This document shows positions 29,656 through 39,150 of a stretch of DNA of 64,000 bases, piece by piece. A program made the position numbers and the translations under genes. Position 1 is the stretch's first letter, and every line of letters begins with the position of its first letter. Below the pieces are notes generated by a model. The model was not told the DNA's origin. It saw only the letters and a program-made list of their open reading frames with translations, and ran no database searches. The stretch is taken from contig MGKQ01000017.1 in assembly GCA_001795735.1 (NCBI GenBank), positions 3,326-67,325 on the forward strand, written 5' to 3'. This DNA comes from Candidatus Yanofskybacteria bacterium RIFCSPLOWO2_02_FULL_41_13. GTDB taxonomy: Bacteria > Patescibacteriota > Minisyncoccia > 2-02-FULL-40-12 > GWA2-44-9.

Positions 29656-32181
29656 ATGGGATCAAACGCAAGAAAAGAGATGATAATTCCGGGCGAATTT
29701 CCAGTAATTGACCTTATTTCAGAAGTAATGACCTTTCCCGGGTCGACTTCCAGAGTCCGCTTAAGAAGAGATTACTACTTCGAGCTTGTTCATAATGCCT
29801 TAAACGGACAGTGCCCTTTTGTTTTTAGTGTCATGTCCCAACCGGGTGCATATCAAGCCCCTGAAAGATTTTATAGGATCGGGGTCGTATCTCAGCTTAA
29901 GGTTGAAGATCAGGAAATACCGATAGTTAGCCTACAAGGCCGTTACCGAGCCGAAGTAATAAGTTACACCAGGAACAGAAAAGACATTAAAAGCTACTGG
30001 CTGGCTAAAGTATCTCCGATAGCTGACATTGAAGAGGATATATTTGAAAAAATTGGTACTGATCATGCCGTTATTAAAGAATACGCAGACCCTATCTACG
30101 GATACATGCTTAGAATAAAGAAAATGCTTGTCATAATGATTAACGAGATTGCAAAAAGCAGGCACTCCGAAGATGACTTCACGAGCGATCCAGATCTGAT
30201 ACATATTCACGATATCGTGGATAACTTTGAAAATTACGACTTCAGATTAAAGTCCGGAATAGATTCTTTTACTTGGAATATCATCGCAATATTGCCCGAT
30301 ATTGCTATTGATCAAAAACAAACAGTACTAAGTCTGCGACACCCCATGGAACGCCTTGGCGTACTAAGCGATACTCTTATCAGGAGCATAAATCAGCTAA
30401 AGGCGGGAAATGAATTTGAAAGACTTAGCAGGGAGAGAGTTGAATATGAAGAGGAAAAAGAGAATAGTGATCAGAGTGCTTCTTCTCGGCCAAGAAAAAG
30501 TATAGAACCAAACCAGAAGGAAAAAGACGCTTCTTTCGTCCAGAACGCTCATCCGGAGCTAGTTGAAAAATACAAAAAATTCATAGAGATCAGAGAATAC
30601 ATGAATGAGGATGCAATCAAATCAACAATGGAGAGCTTCAAGAGACTTAAATCTCTCGGTAAATTAAAAGGTGAGGGGTCGGAATGGACTGTATTTATAA
30701 ACCACATTGATTTTATGCTTGATATACCATGGAATAAAGAAAGCAAACAAGAAGAAAATATAGCCGAAGTAGAAGAAACGTTAAATAGCGACCATTTCGG
30801 TCTAGATTTCGCCAAAATTCACATTCTCAGGTATCTTGCCGGAAAACTATTAAATCCTACCGGCAAGGGAGCCAATCTTTGCTTTATCGGCCCTCCGGGA
30901 GTCGGTAAAACTTCTTTGGCAAATTCAATTGCCAGAGCTCTCGGAAGAAAGCTGGTTCGCTTGTCTCTCGGTGGAGTCAGGGACGAAGCCGAAGTCAGGG
31001 GACATAGAAAAACATACATCGGAGCCTTAGCTGGCCAGATCATGAGGGAAATAAGGCGGGGCGGGGTCAAAAATCCTGTTTTTGTTCTCGATGAGATAGA
31101 TAAAATTACAGCGGATTTCAGAGGCGATCCATCAGCCGCACTTCTGGAAGTTCTTGATCCGGAGCAGAATAATTCTTTCAGGGATCATTACCTGGATGCG
31201 CCATTTGATCTTTCCCAGGTATTATTCATAGCAACGGCAAACGATACTACGCCGATTAGGCCGGCTTTATTGGACAGACTGGAACCGGTTTTCTTGCCCG
31301 GCTACACAAGATATGAGAAGGTACAGATTGCTAAAAGATTCTTAATCCCTAAAGCTACTACTGAAGTTGGTCTTTCGAAGCATAAAATAGATTTTAAATG
31401 GCCGAATAACAGTCCAGACGAAGTTTTATACAGTATTATAAAAGGCTACACGAAAGAGTCTGGAGTCAGAAATCTTGAACGCAGAATAGTAACCCTTGGG
31501 AGAAGTTTGGCTCAGGAATACTTAAAAAATCCCAAGAATTTCTCTTCTCCTGAGATTAATGAAGGATGGCTGAGAAAAATCTTAGGTCAGCCTAAGTATT
31601 ATGAAGAACGGGCTTCTAAAACTCAGGTCGGGGAAACTATTGGCCTAGCCTGGACTCAATTCGGCGGAGATATCTTGTATGTCCAATCGGCTATACTGCC
31701 GGAATTTAAAAGCAAGGAGCTTTCCCAGACCGGTTCGCTCGGAAAAGTTATGCAAGAATCGGGCAAATTAGCCCTTTCTCTGCTTAGACTAGAGCTTGAG
31801 AAAAGTAACAACCCGGAATTACTGAAAAATAGGTCGGTTCATATCCATGTTCCCGAGGGTGCTATAGAGAAAGACGGTCCTTCTGCCGGAGTAACTATCT
31901 ACTGCTCGCTTTATTCGATTGCTTTCAAAAAGATTGCCAAACCTTATGTGGCTATGACCGGTGAGATAACCCTTGCAGGTAAAGTTACCGGAGTGGGTGG
32001 CATTAAAGAAAAAGTTATAGCTGCGGAAACGTCAGGCATTAAAGAAGTTATTTTACCGAAGACAAACGAAAGAGATCTTGACGAAGTTCCTCAATCGGCA
32101 AAAGATAATCTTAAATTTCACTTCATTGAGAATGTCGATGAGGCTCTAAAAATAATGTTTGACGAAAATCAACCTGCCTAA
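29656..32181 (+). CDS. lon: Lon (La) ATP-dependent protease, divergent N-domain
   Basis: GPPGVGKTS, RGHRKTYIGA, LDEIDK, KDGPSAG catalytic Ser, GGIKEK. Confidence 0.93.
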   Translation: MGSNARKEMIIPGEFPVIDLISEVMTFPGSTSRVRLRRDYYFELVHNALNGQCPFVFSVMSQPGAYQAPERFYRIGVVSQLKVEDQEIPIVSLQGRYRAEVISYTRNRKDIKSYWLAKVSPIADIEEDIFEKIGTDHAVIKEYADPIYGYMLRIKKMLVIMINEIAKSRHSEDDFTSDPDLIHIHDIVDNFENYDFRLKSGIDSFTWNIIAILPDIAIDQKQTVLSLRHPMERLGVLSDTLIRSINQLKAGNEFERLSRERVEYEEEKENSDQSASSRPRKSIEPNQKEKDASFVQNAHPELVEKYKKFIEIREYMNEDAIKSTMESFKRLKSLGKLKGEGSEWTVFINHIDFMLDIPWNKESKQEENIAEVEETLNSDHFGLDFAKIHILRYLAGKLLNPTGKGANLCFIGPPGVGKTSLANSIARALGRKLVRLSLGGVRDEAEVRGHRKTYIGALAGQIMREIRRGGVKNPVFVLDEIDKITADFRGDPSAALLEVLDPEQNNSFRDHYLDAPFDLSQVLFIATANDTTPIRPALLDRLEPVFLPGYTRYEKVQIAKRFLIPKATTEVGLSKHKIDFKWPNNSPDEVLYSIIKGYTKESGVRNLERRIVTLGRSLAQEYLKNPKNFSSPEINEGWLRKILGQPKYYEERASKTQVGETIGLAWTQFGGDILYVQSAILPEFKSKELSQTGSLGKVMQESGKLALSLLRLELEKSNNPELLKNRSVHIHVPEGAIEKDGPSAGVTIYCSLYSIAFKKIAKPYVAMTGEITLAGKVTGVGGIKEKVIAAETSGIKEVILPKTNERDLDEVPQSAKDNLKFHFIENVDEALKIMFDENQPA

Positions 32182-32198
32182 GATTCCTAATTTACCAT

Positions 32199-32229
32199 AA
32201 ATCCCTAAGCGAAATGCCAGGGATTTTTT
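32199..32229 (+). terminator. Intrinsic terminator
   Basis: AATCCCT..AGGGATT followed by a T-run. Confidence 0.55.
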
Positions 32230-32269
32230 ATTTGTTTTTATGACGAATTTGTGGTTAATTTAATAGACA

Positions 32270-33829
32270 ATGCCTGATTATCTCCATATCGGACGAGCAA
32301 GCGATTTAGCTGAAAAAAGAGATAGAAGAGTCTATCGAGCTTTTGAAATAATGCCCGGTCTTTTAGCCTGGACAACCATATTATTAATAATTCTCCTTTC
32401 ATTCTTTGTACCAGTTTTTATCGCTGTTTTTATTATAATTTTCGACGTTTATTGGTTTATAAAGACGCTTTATCTCTCGCTTCACCTCCGAGTTTCTTAT
32501 AATAAGCTCCGTGAAAATTTAAAGATCAACTGGCTCGAAGAACTTAACAACCTACAACCTACAACCTACAACCTACAACTAAAATCCTGGCGGGATATTT
32601 ATCATGTAATTTTTCTGCCTCTGTATAAAGAAGATTTTTCTTTAGTCTCTGCTTCAATGGAGGGATTATTAAAAAGCAACTATCCCAAAGAAAAAATGAT
32701 TGTTGTTCTATGCTGGGAAGAGAGGGGAGGGGAAGCAACCAGACAGACGACTGAAGAAATAGAAAAGACATATGGCAACAAATTTTATAAATTTCTATCT
32801 ACTATGCATCCCGCTGGCCTTCAGGGAGAAATGCCCGGCAAAGGATCAAATACCGCTTATGGCGCCCGAGTAGCTAAGGAACAGATCATTGATAGACTAG
32901 AAATACCCTATAGCCATATTTTGGTTTCCAACCTCGATATAGATACCGTTGTTTTTCCTGAATATTTTGGAGTTCTTACCTACACATTTTTAATGACCGA
33001 TAGGCCGCTCAGGGCCTCTTACCAGCCTGTGCCGCTGTATATAAATAATATCTGGGAGGCTCCTTCGTTTGCCAGAGTCGTAGCTTTTTCGGCAACTTTT
33101 TGGCACACCATCAAACAGGAGAAGCACGAAACGGCAACGACTTTTTCTTCCCACTCAATGCCTTGGCAGGCTTTGGTTGATGTTGATTTTTGGCAGAAGA
33201 ATATGGTTTCAGAAGATTCAAGAATATTTTGGCAGTGCTTTCTCCGCTACAATGGTGACTACCGGGTAGTACCGATGTATTATCCGGTATCGATGGATGC
33301 CAATGTGGCTTACACGTCATGGCAAACATTTAAAAATGTGTATAAGCAACAGCGGCGCTGGGGCTATGGCGTAGAAAACGTCCCTTATTTTCTTTTCGGA
33401 TTTGTTAAAAATAAGGCTATTCCTAAACTTAAAAAATGGAAGTACGGTTTTATGATAGTTGAGGGGTTCCATTCATGGGCAACCAATGCCCTAATAATAT
33501 TTCTTCTTGGCTGGTTGCCGGTCATTGTCGGGGGTTCAGAGTTCAATAAAAGTATCCTATCTTTTAACCTGCCGTTTATAACCAGGACTATTATGACAAT
33601 CTCCATGATAGGTCTTGTCTCAACGGCTGTTCTATCAATTGTCCTTCTTCCGCCTCGTCCGCCCAAATTCGGCAAGTTCAAGTACCTCTGGATGGTTCTT
33701 CAGTGGCTTTTATTCCCCATTACCACTATCGGCTTAGGCCTGTTACCGGGCCTAGAAGCACAGACTCGGCTAATGCTCGGAAAATATATGGGATTTTGGG
33801 TAACGCCAAAAATTCGAATTGTAAAATAA
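32270..33829 (+). CDS. Membrane glycosyltransferase family 2
   Basis: TM segments, GKGSN, LDID, SEDSRIF, QQRRWGYG. Confidence 0.88.
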   Translation: MPDYLHIGRASDLAEKRDRRVYRAFEIMPGLLAWTTILLIILLSFFVPVFIAVFIIIFDVYWFIKTLYLSLHLRVSYNKLRENLKINWLEELNNLQPTTYNLQLKSWRDIYHVIFLPLYKEDFSLVSASMEGLLKSNYPKEKMIVVLCWEERGGEATRQTTEEIEKTYGNKFYKFLSTMHPAGLQGEMPGKGSNTAYGARVAKEQIIDRLEIPYSHILVSNLDIDTVVFPEYFGVLTYTFLMTDRPLRASYQPVPLYINNIWEAPSFARVVAFSATFWHTIKQEKHETATTFSSHSMPWQALVDVDFWQKNMVSEDSRIFWQCFLRYNGDYRVVPMYYPVSMDANVAYTSWQTFKNVYKQQRRWGYGVENVPYFLFGFVKNKAIPKLKKWKYGFMIVEGFHSWATNALIIFLLGWLPVIVGGSEFNKSILSFNLPFITRTIMTISMIGLVSTAVLSIVLLPPRPPKFGKFKYLWMVLQWLLFPITTIGLGLLPGLEAQTRLMLGKYMGFWVTPKIRIVK

Positions 33830-33831
33830 CG

Positions 33832-34581
33832 ATGAAAGAACGAAATTTTATAGAAAAATATGAGGCAGTTTTTTCTCCGACTAAAGCTGTCGAGGGCTTA
33901 ACTCACGAACAATGGCTGGAAAAAATTCCGGAAGTTGATGCTGCAATTGTTCTTGGCTCCGGCTTGAAATTTTTACCGGATGAAAAAGACAAGCTTAATC
34001 TTCACGGCAAAATGAGAACTATCGCCGCCTACGAGTTATACAGACTCGGCAAAGCCAAGCAGATTATAGTTACCGGCGGAGTGCCGATCGGAGAGGGTTA
34101 TGACCGTTCTATGGCTGATGCAGAGGAAGAGTATTTGATTGAAAATTTGGATGCAAAACCAGAAGATGTCATCAAAGAGATTGGCGAGTCGTCTGAAAGT
34201 ACAATTGAAAACTTTGAAAACATATTAGATATACTTAAGAGCAAGGGTATAAAGACAGCCATTATTGTTTCTAACGGGTATCATATTCCCCGAGCCGAAG
34301 CCTTATTTAAAAAGATCTCCATCCAACACAATCTCAGTATTGAGGTTATGGGTATTCCCGCTGAAGAAATATTGTTAGAACGATCCACACATTATAAAAA
34401 ATTAGTGGAGCATTACGATATTGCAAAAAAAGCTCTTGAGCATCCCGGGAAAATTAGGAAATATATTGAGAAAGAGGGGATCGGTCTATTCCTAGCTCAC
34501 GTAGACAGGAACGATACAATTGCCCGCAATCGATCAGCAAAAAGAAAGAAGGAGAATAAACCCGACGCTCACGCAGAATAG
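33832..34581 (+). CDS. YdcF/DUF218 (SanA/ElyC-like) protein
   Basis: IVLGSG, IIVTGG, STIEN, VSNGYHIPRA. Confidence 0.85.
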   Translation: MKERNFIEKYEAVFSPTKAVEGLTHEQWLEKIPEVDAAIVLGSGLKFLPDEKDKLNLHGKMRTIAAYELYRLGKAKQIIVTGGVPIGEGYDRSMADAEEEYLIENLDAKPEDVIKEIGESSESTIENFENILDILKSKGIKTAIIVSNGYHIPRAEALFKKISIQHNLSIEVMGIPAEEILLERSTHYKKLVEHYDIAKKALEHPGKIRKYIEKEGIGLFLAHVDRNDTIARNRSAKRKKENKPDAHAE

Positions 34582-34669
34582 CTATCTTAATATCCCTTAA
34601 GTCTCGGTTGATTTACTAAGAGAACAAGTGGATAAAATCTTTCCTTATCGTTTTTGATAACCGTTGCAA

Positions 34670-34880
34670 GAGGGTTAGGTATAAATAATAGCTTACCTAA
34701 AACCGACCCGCTTCGCCGGAGCTTCAGCGAGGCGAGCAGGAAAGCTTAAGGCGAAGGTTCACTGGAGGAACTTCCAGGGAATCGCCTCCGAAACTGACTG
34801 AAAGGAATTTCGGAAGGCCTTCCGGAGGTTTTAAGCCATTATTTGTCTAACCCGAAGCTCAGGTTGAGAAAATAATGAGG
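34670..34880. ncRNA. Putative structured RNA with a four-way junction
   Basis: GCTTAA/TTAAGC closes three arms (GGCGA..TCGCC, TCCGAAA..TTTCGGA, AGGCCT..AGGTTT); flanking hairpins; no ORF in track. Confidence 0.35.
34707..34737. repeat. REP-like palindrome (GAAGCTT core family)
   Basis: CCCGCTTCGCCGGAGCTTCAGCGAGGCGAGC; relatives at 40601-40630 and 62111-62137. Confidence 0.6.
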
Positions 34881-34893
34881 AAAGATTTTATAA

Positions 34894-37314
34894 CTACTCA
34901 AAGTGGGTCAGCTTCTGGAATGACTCTAGTTTATCCCTAAGGAGAGGATAGTTATTAAGCGATGGATCTTTTTTGAGAAGTAGGCGAGCCTCGGCGCGGG
35001 CTTTTTTAATTAAATCTATATTGGCAAGCGAAGCCATACCGAGGTCAGGCATTCCAGATTGTTTAACCCCGAAGAATTCTCCCGGCCCTCGTATTTTCAT
35101 ATCTTTCTCGGCCAGTTCAAAACCATCATCACACTCAACTAAGGCTTTCAGTCTTTGATTTATTGATTTATCTCCCGAAGAAGAGAAAAGAATACAGTGA
35201 GATTGGTGCTCTCCTCGTCCTACTCGCCCCCTGAACTGATGAAGCTGGGCCAAGCCGAACCTTTCGGCGCTTTCGATCGCCATAATAGTTGCATTTGGGA
35301 TATCTATGCCGACTTCAATTACTGACGTAGAGACAAGAATATCAAATTCTTTATTTTTAAATTTACCCATTATTTCATTCTTAACTTTTGGTTTTAATTT
35401 ACCGTGAAGCATAGCAACTCTCAGATCCGGAAATACAAGTTCCGATAATTTTTTATATTCTTCCTCAACGGCCTTAACTTCCTGCCAAAGAATATTCATC
35501 TTGCTTTGCGGAGAACCGGTTTTTATCTCTTTCTTGGGATCGCTTAGTTCTATCCTGGGGCAGACGACAAATACCTGCCGGCCGTCTCTAACTTCATCTC
35601 TTATGAACTGATATGTTTCTTTCTTCTGGGTGGGCGTGATCACTTTAGTAATTATTTTTTGTCTGTTTTTTGGTTTTTCTTTTATCAGGGATATATCTAA
35701 ATCTCCGTATATAGTAAGGGCCAGGGTACGGGGGATAGGGGTGGCAGTCATACTCAGCAAGTGAGGTACCACTTGCTGAGAATTTCCAATTTCTCCCGAT
35801 TCGCTTTCGCGAATCGCGGATCCTCGATTGCGAAGCAATCGGGACAATTTCCAATTTCCAATATTTGAGATTTCTGATTTTGAATTTGTAATTTGCTTAG
35901 GATTTGGTTTTTGTAGTTCGGAGTTTTTAAGCAGTGCCTTGCGCTGATTAATTCCAAAGCGATGCTGTTCATCAATTACCACCATCGCCAATTTATCAAA
36001 TGAAACATCTTTCTGGATAATGGCATGAGTACCGATTATAATTTGAACCTGCCCCGAAGCAATCTTTTCCTTGATAATTTTTTTAGATACCGACTGTCCG
36101 TTTAACTTAGCTTCCGAGCCTATCAGTAATCCGATATTTATTTCGTTTTCTAAACTTTGAGAGCTTTGATGTTTGATTTGATTGGAAATTGGAAATTGTC
36201 CCGATTGCTTCGCAATCGAGGATCCGCGATTCGCGAAAGCGAATCGGGAGAAATTGGAAATTAACGATGTAATCGTTCGATAATGCTGTTGAGCCAGAAC
36301 TTCAGTTGGTACCATAAAAACAGTCTGGTAACCCCCCTTGGCAATCTGATAGGAGGCAGTTAGGGCAACCACAGTTTTACCGCTTCCGACGTCTCCTTCC
36401 ATTAACCTGTTCATCGGATAACTTTTTTGAAGGTCTTTGAGAATCTCCCATAAGGAAACCTTCTGATCAATGGTCAGCTCAAATGGCAGACGGCCTATGA
36501 AATCCTGAATCAGTGCCTGATCGAAAGGTACTGAAATTGATTTAAGCTGATTTATTTTCCTTCTCTCAAGAAGAGCTTTTATCTGAAAGAGTAGGAGGTC
36601 TTCAAAAGCAAATCTTTCTCTGGCCGAATCGGCATCTTTTAAATTTTTCGGATAATGGATATCTGAAAGAGCCTCAGATATTCTCGGGAAGCTGTACTTA
36701 TCCAAAATCGTCTGAGGTAGCGGCTCGTCGGCTTTTATGTTCTTGAGAAGCGGCTTGATTAAAAATCTGAGATATTTTGAAGTTATTCCTTCGGTCTCAG
36801 GATAAACTGGCACGAGACCGGAGGTGTGTTTCAAGCTAGAATTTTGAATTTTGAATTTTGAATTTTGAATTTCACCTTCTTGATTCAGAACCCTTAATTC
36901 ATTACCCATCATTCTCTCATATGTTGGACTGGAGAGGTATAGGCCGTGTTTATTCAAGTTAGCCTTTCCAGCAAGGCTAACCATAGCACCCTCAACTAGC
37001 TGATTTTCAATATATGGCTGATTAAACCAGACAACTTTGATCGCTCCGCTGGAATCACCGACAATGGCGTTAGTAACGGTCAGTCGGCGGGGGAATATCC
37101 TTTTACTTGAGATCTTTAAAACTTCCCCCTGAACATTTACTTTTTGACCAGGTTCTACCTGATTTATAGGCATTACTTCGCTATAATCTTCATAGCGAAC
37201 TGGGAAATGCCAGAGAAGATCTCTTATGGTTTTAATTCCTAATCTATTGAGACGCGAAAGATTCCGCGAACCGACATTTTTAAGTTTTTCGATCGGAAAC
37301 AATAGGTTATCCAT
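34894..37314 (-). CDS. recG: ATP-dependent DNA helicase RecG with in-frame repeat insertions
   Basis: GDVGSGKT, GTHA, DEQHRFG, MTATPIPRT, QLHQFRGRVGRG, RGPGE; start taken at MDNLL (37314), upstream ATG at 37347 possible. Confidence 0.95.
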   Translation of the reverse strand: MDNLLFPIEKLKNVGSRNLSRLNRLGIKTIRDLLWHFPVRYEDYSEVMPINQVEPGQKVNVQGEVLKISSKRIFPRRLTVTNAIVGDSSGAIKVVWFNQPYIENQLVEGAMVSLAGKANLNKHGLYLSSPTYERMMGNELRVLNQEGEIQNSKFKIQNSSLKHTSGLVPVYPETEGITSKYLRFLIKPLLKNIKADEPLPQTILDKYSFPRISEALSDIHYPKNLKDADSARERFAFEDLLLFQIKALLERRKINQLKSISVPFDQALIQDFIGRLPFELTIDQKVSLWEILKDLQKSYPMNRLMEGDVGSGKTVVALTASYQIAKGGYQTVFMVPTEVLAQQHYRTITSLISNFSRFAFANRGSSIAKQSGQFPISNQIKHQSSQSLENEINIGLLIGSEAKLNGQSVSKKIIKEKIASGQVQIIIGTHAIIQKDVSFDKLAMVVIDEQHRFGINQRKALLKNSELQKPNPKQITNSKSEISNIGNWKLSRLLRNRGSAIRESESGEIGNSQQVVPHLLSMTATPIPRTLALTIYGDLDISLIKEKPKNRQKIITKVITPTQKKETYQFIRDEVRDGRQVFVVCPRIELSDPKKEIKTGSPQSKMNILWQEVKAVEEEYKKLSELVFPDLRVAMLHGKLKPKVKNEIMGKFKNKEFDILVSTSVIEVGIDIPNATIMAIESAERFGLAQLHQFRGRVGRGEHQSHCILFSSSGDKSINQRLKALVECDDGFELAEKDMKIRGPGEFFGVKQSGMPDLGMASLANIDLIKKARAEARLLLKKDPSLNNYPLLRDKLESFQKLTHFE
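35794..35844 (-). mobile_element. 51-bp two-armed palindromic element (copy A) in recG
   Basis: Reverse complement of TCCCGATTGCTTCGCAATCGAGGATCCGCGATTCGCGAAAGCGAATCGGGA; removing it restores an (AATTTCC)n array. Confidence 0.75.
36199..36249 (+). mobile_element. 51-bp two-armed palindromic element (copy B) in recG
   Basis: Identical to copy A in the opposite orientation; removing it restores a (GGAAATT)n array. Confidence 0.75.
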
Positions 37315-37400
37315 AGAGATAATAACGAAGTCCTGTATCTGGGGCATATTTTAACACTTTTAGTTAAATACACAAAACCCCCGCCAACTGAAGGTAAGCA

Positions 37401-37429
37401 TTGACATTTAAAGAAATTAAGCGTATTCT
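37401..37429 (+). promoter_or_regulatory. sigma70 promoter
   Basis: TTGACA-17nt-TATTCT. Confidence 0.7.
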
Positions 37430-37473
37430 AGAGATAGGGTTTGACACAAGAGCAAGAAGGAGAAAGAGAGAAA

Positions 37474-37836
37474 ATGAAAGAAAAAAAAGCGTATGTGCTA
37501 GTTTATTGTGCAACAATCGTACTTGTTGTCTGTATCACTTCGGCCGCGTCTGCACAAACCAGGAAAAATACAGGACGAGTTATTTTTATGGAGCGGTGTG
37601 CTGCATGCCATGCACCGAACGGAAAAGGCAATCTCAATGTCATAGCTATGGTTAATGGCGATATCTCGAGGATCGATCTTACCGACGAGACAACAGCCAA
37701 GAAGCAAGACGTTGATCTTCGCTCTACTATTCTCGACGGTCGGGGATTAATGCCCGCGCATAAGGACAAACTTACTGCCGTTGAAGTAGATCACGTGCTG
37801 AAGTTTATCCGCCAATTGGGGAAAAAGAGAAAGTAG
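37474..37836 (+). CDS. Class I c-type cytochrome
   Basis: Signal peptide, GRVIFMERCAACHAPNGKG heme motif, GRGLMPAH distal Met. Confidence 0.88.
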   Translation: MKEKKAYVLVYCATIVLVVCITSAASAQTRKNTGRVIFMERCAACHAPNGKGNLNVIAMVNGDISRIDLTDETTAKKQDVDLRSTILDGRGLMPAHKDKLTAVEVDHVLKFIRQLGKKRK

Positions 37837-37950
37837 CAACAATCTTTTTCCAGCCGCAGCATCTGCCTGCGGTTTTAAATTACAAAAATTAAACACCGTG
37901 TGAAGAATTGCACAGTGAGGTTCAGTGTCTTTATTATACCAAGCTCGACC

Positions 37951-38268
37951 TTATTTACTACGCTTCCTAGTTTTTGTATCTGCGGTCGATTTTATGTTCA
38001 CATAATCCAGCCACGAGAAATCTTCTTTGTTAACGAAAGGGGAATACTCTTTTAGTATGTCTAAAGCCTCTTGCCCCGATATAAAACCTAGTTTGTCCTG
38101 CGTCTTAAGGTCAAAAACTCCAAAACCATTTTCCGGAAAATTATGCTGAGACTCCTTTCCGTCTTTCCATCTGATATCAACCGCATAGTGATGGTTTATA
38201 ATCTTATGATTCAGCACCCCTAATTGTTGGTTTTCTAGCCTTTCCATTTTTTTTAGATTATCTGCCAA
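37951..38268 (-). CDS. Hypothetical protein
   Basis: 105-aa ORF downstream of tRNA-Leu; start uncertain. Confidence 0.55.
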   Translation of the reverse strand: MADNLKKMERLENQQLGVLNHKIINHHYAVDIRWKDGKESQHNFPENGFGVFDLKTQDKLGFISGQEALDILKEYSPFVNKEDFSWLDYVNIKSTADTKTRKRSK

Positions 38269-38296
38269 AAATAATTAGTTAACCAATTTTTGATAT

Positions 38297-38383
38297 TGGT
38301 GCCCGGAGCCGGACTCGAACCGGCAAGGCCTTGCGGCCAACTGATCTTAAGTCAGTCGAGGTTACCAATTTCTCCACCCGGGC
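38297..38383 (-). tRNA. tRNA-Leu(TAA)
   Basis: GCCCGGG..CTGA-CTTAAGA-TCAG anticodon arm, long variable arm, GGTTCGAGTCC, ends ACCA. Confidence 0.95.
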
Positions 38384-38411
38384 AATTTTATAGATTATAC
38401 CACAGTTTTAG

Positions 38412-39146
38412 TTATTTTCCACGCCTCATGGCCTGTCCTGAGTCTTGTCGAAGGGCCCATTGAGTTGCCTTAGCCAGAGAGTCAAATGTCCCGGCATCTA
38501 TCCATAGACCTTTTACAATATCAACCTTTAGTTCACCTTTATTTAGATACCAATTATGTAAATCTGTAATTTCTAGCTCTCCACGAAGAGATGGCTTTAA
38601 TTTTTTGGCAACTTCAACAACTCGGTTGTCGTATATGTATAATCCGGTAATCGCGTAATCCGATAGAAACTTTTTAGGCTTTTCTTCTATCTGGATGGCT
38701 CTTCCTTTCTTACCAAACTTTACTACCCCAAATCTTTCCGGATCGGAAACTTTTTTAGCAAATATGTGGCCTCCTTTTTTGAACTTTTTGATAACTTTTG
38801 AGAAATCATCTTCAAAAATATTATCACCTAGTATCATGGCAACATTATCATCACCGATGAAGTCTTTAGCGATAATAAAGGCTTGAGCCAATCCTTCAGG
38901 CTTATCCTGTATCTCGTAGGTGAACTTGGCACCAAACTCCTTACCTGAACCGAGAAGTTTCAAAAAGTCACCGGGATGTTCCGGAGAAACAATTATTAAG
39001 ATGTCTTTTATCCCAGCCCGAAGAAGAGTGTTGAGCGGATAAAAAACCATCGGCTTGTCATAAACCGGCAATAATTGCTTTGAGGTTATTTTTGTAAGAG
39101 GGGAGAGGCGGGTACCCGAACCTCCCGCTAAAACAATTCCGCGCAT
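38412..39146 (-). CDS. rfbA: Glucose-1-phosphate thymidylyltransferase
   Basis: GIVLAGGSGTRL, SKQLLPVYDKPM, GDN, EEKP, RGELEITD, WIDAGT. Confidence 0.93.
   Translation of the reverse strand: MRGIVLAGGSGTRLSPLTKITSKQLLPVYDKPMVFYPLNTLLRAGIKDILIIVSPEHPGDFLKLLGSGKEFGAKFTYEIQDKPEGLAQAFIIAKDFIGDDNVAMILGDNIFEDDFSKVIKKFKKGGHIFAKKVSDPERFGVVKFGKKGRAIQIEEKPKKFLSDYAITGLYIYDNRVVEVAKKLKPSLRGELEITDLHNWYLNKGELKVDIVKGLWIDAGTFDSLAKATQWALRQDSGQAMRRGK
38431..38455. repeat. REP-like element translated at the rfbA 3' end
   Basis: GCCTGTCCTGAGTCTTGTCGAAGGG read as ALRQDSGQA on the minus strand. Confidence 0.5.
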
Positions 39147-39150
39147 TTTA

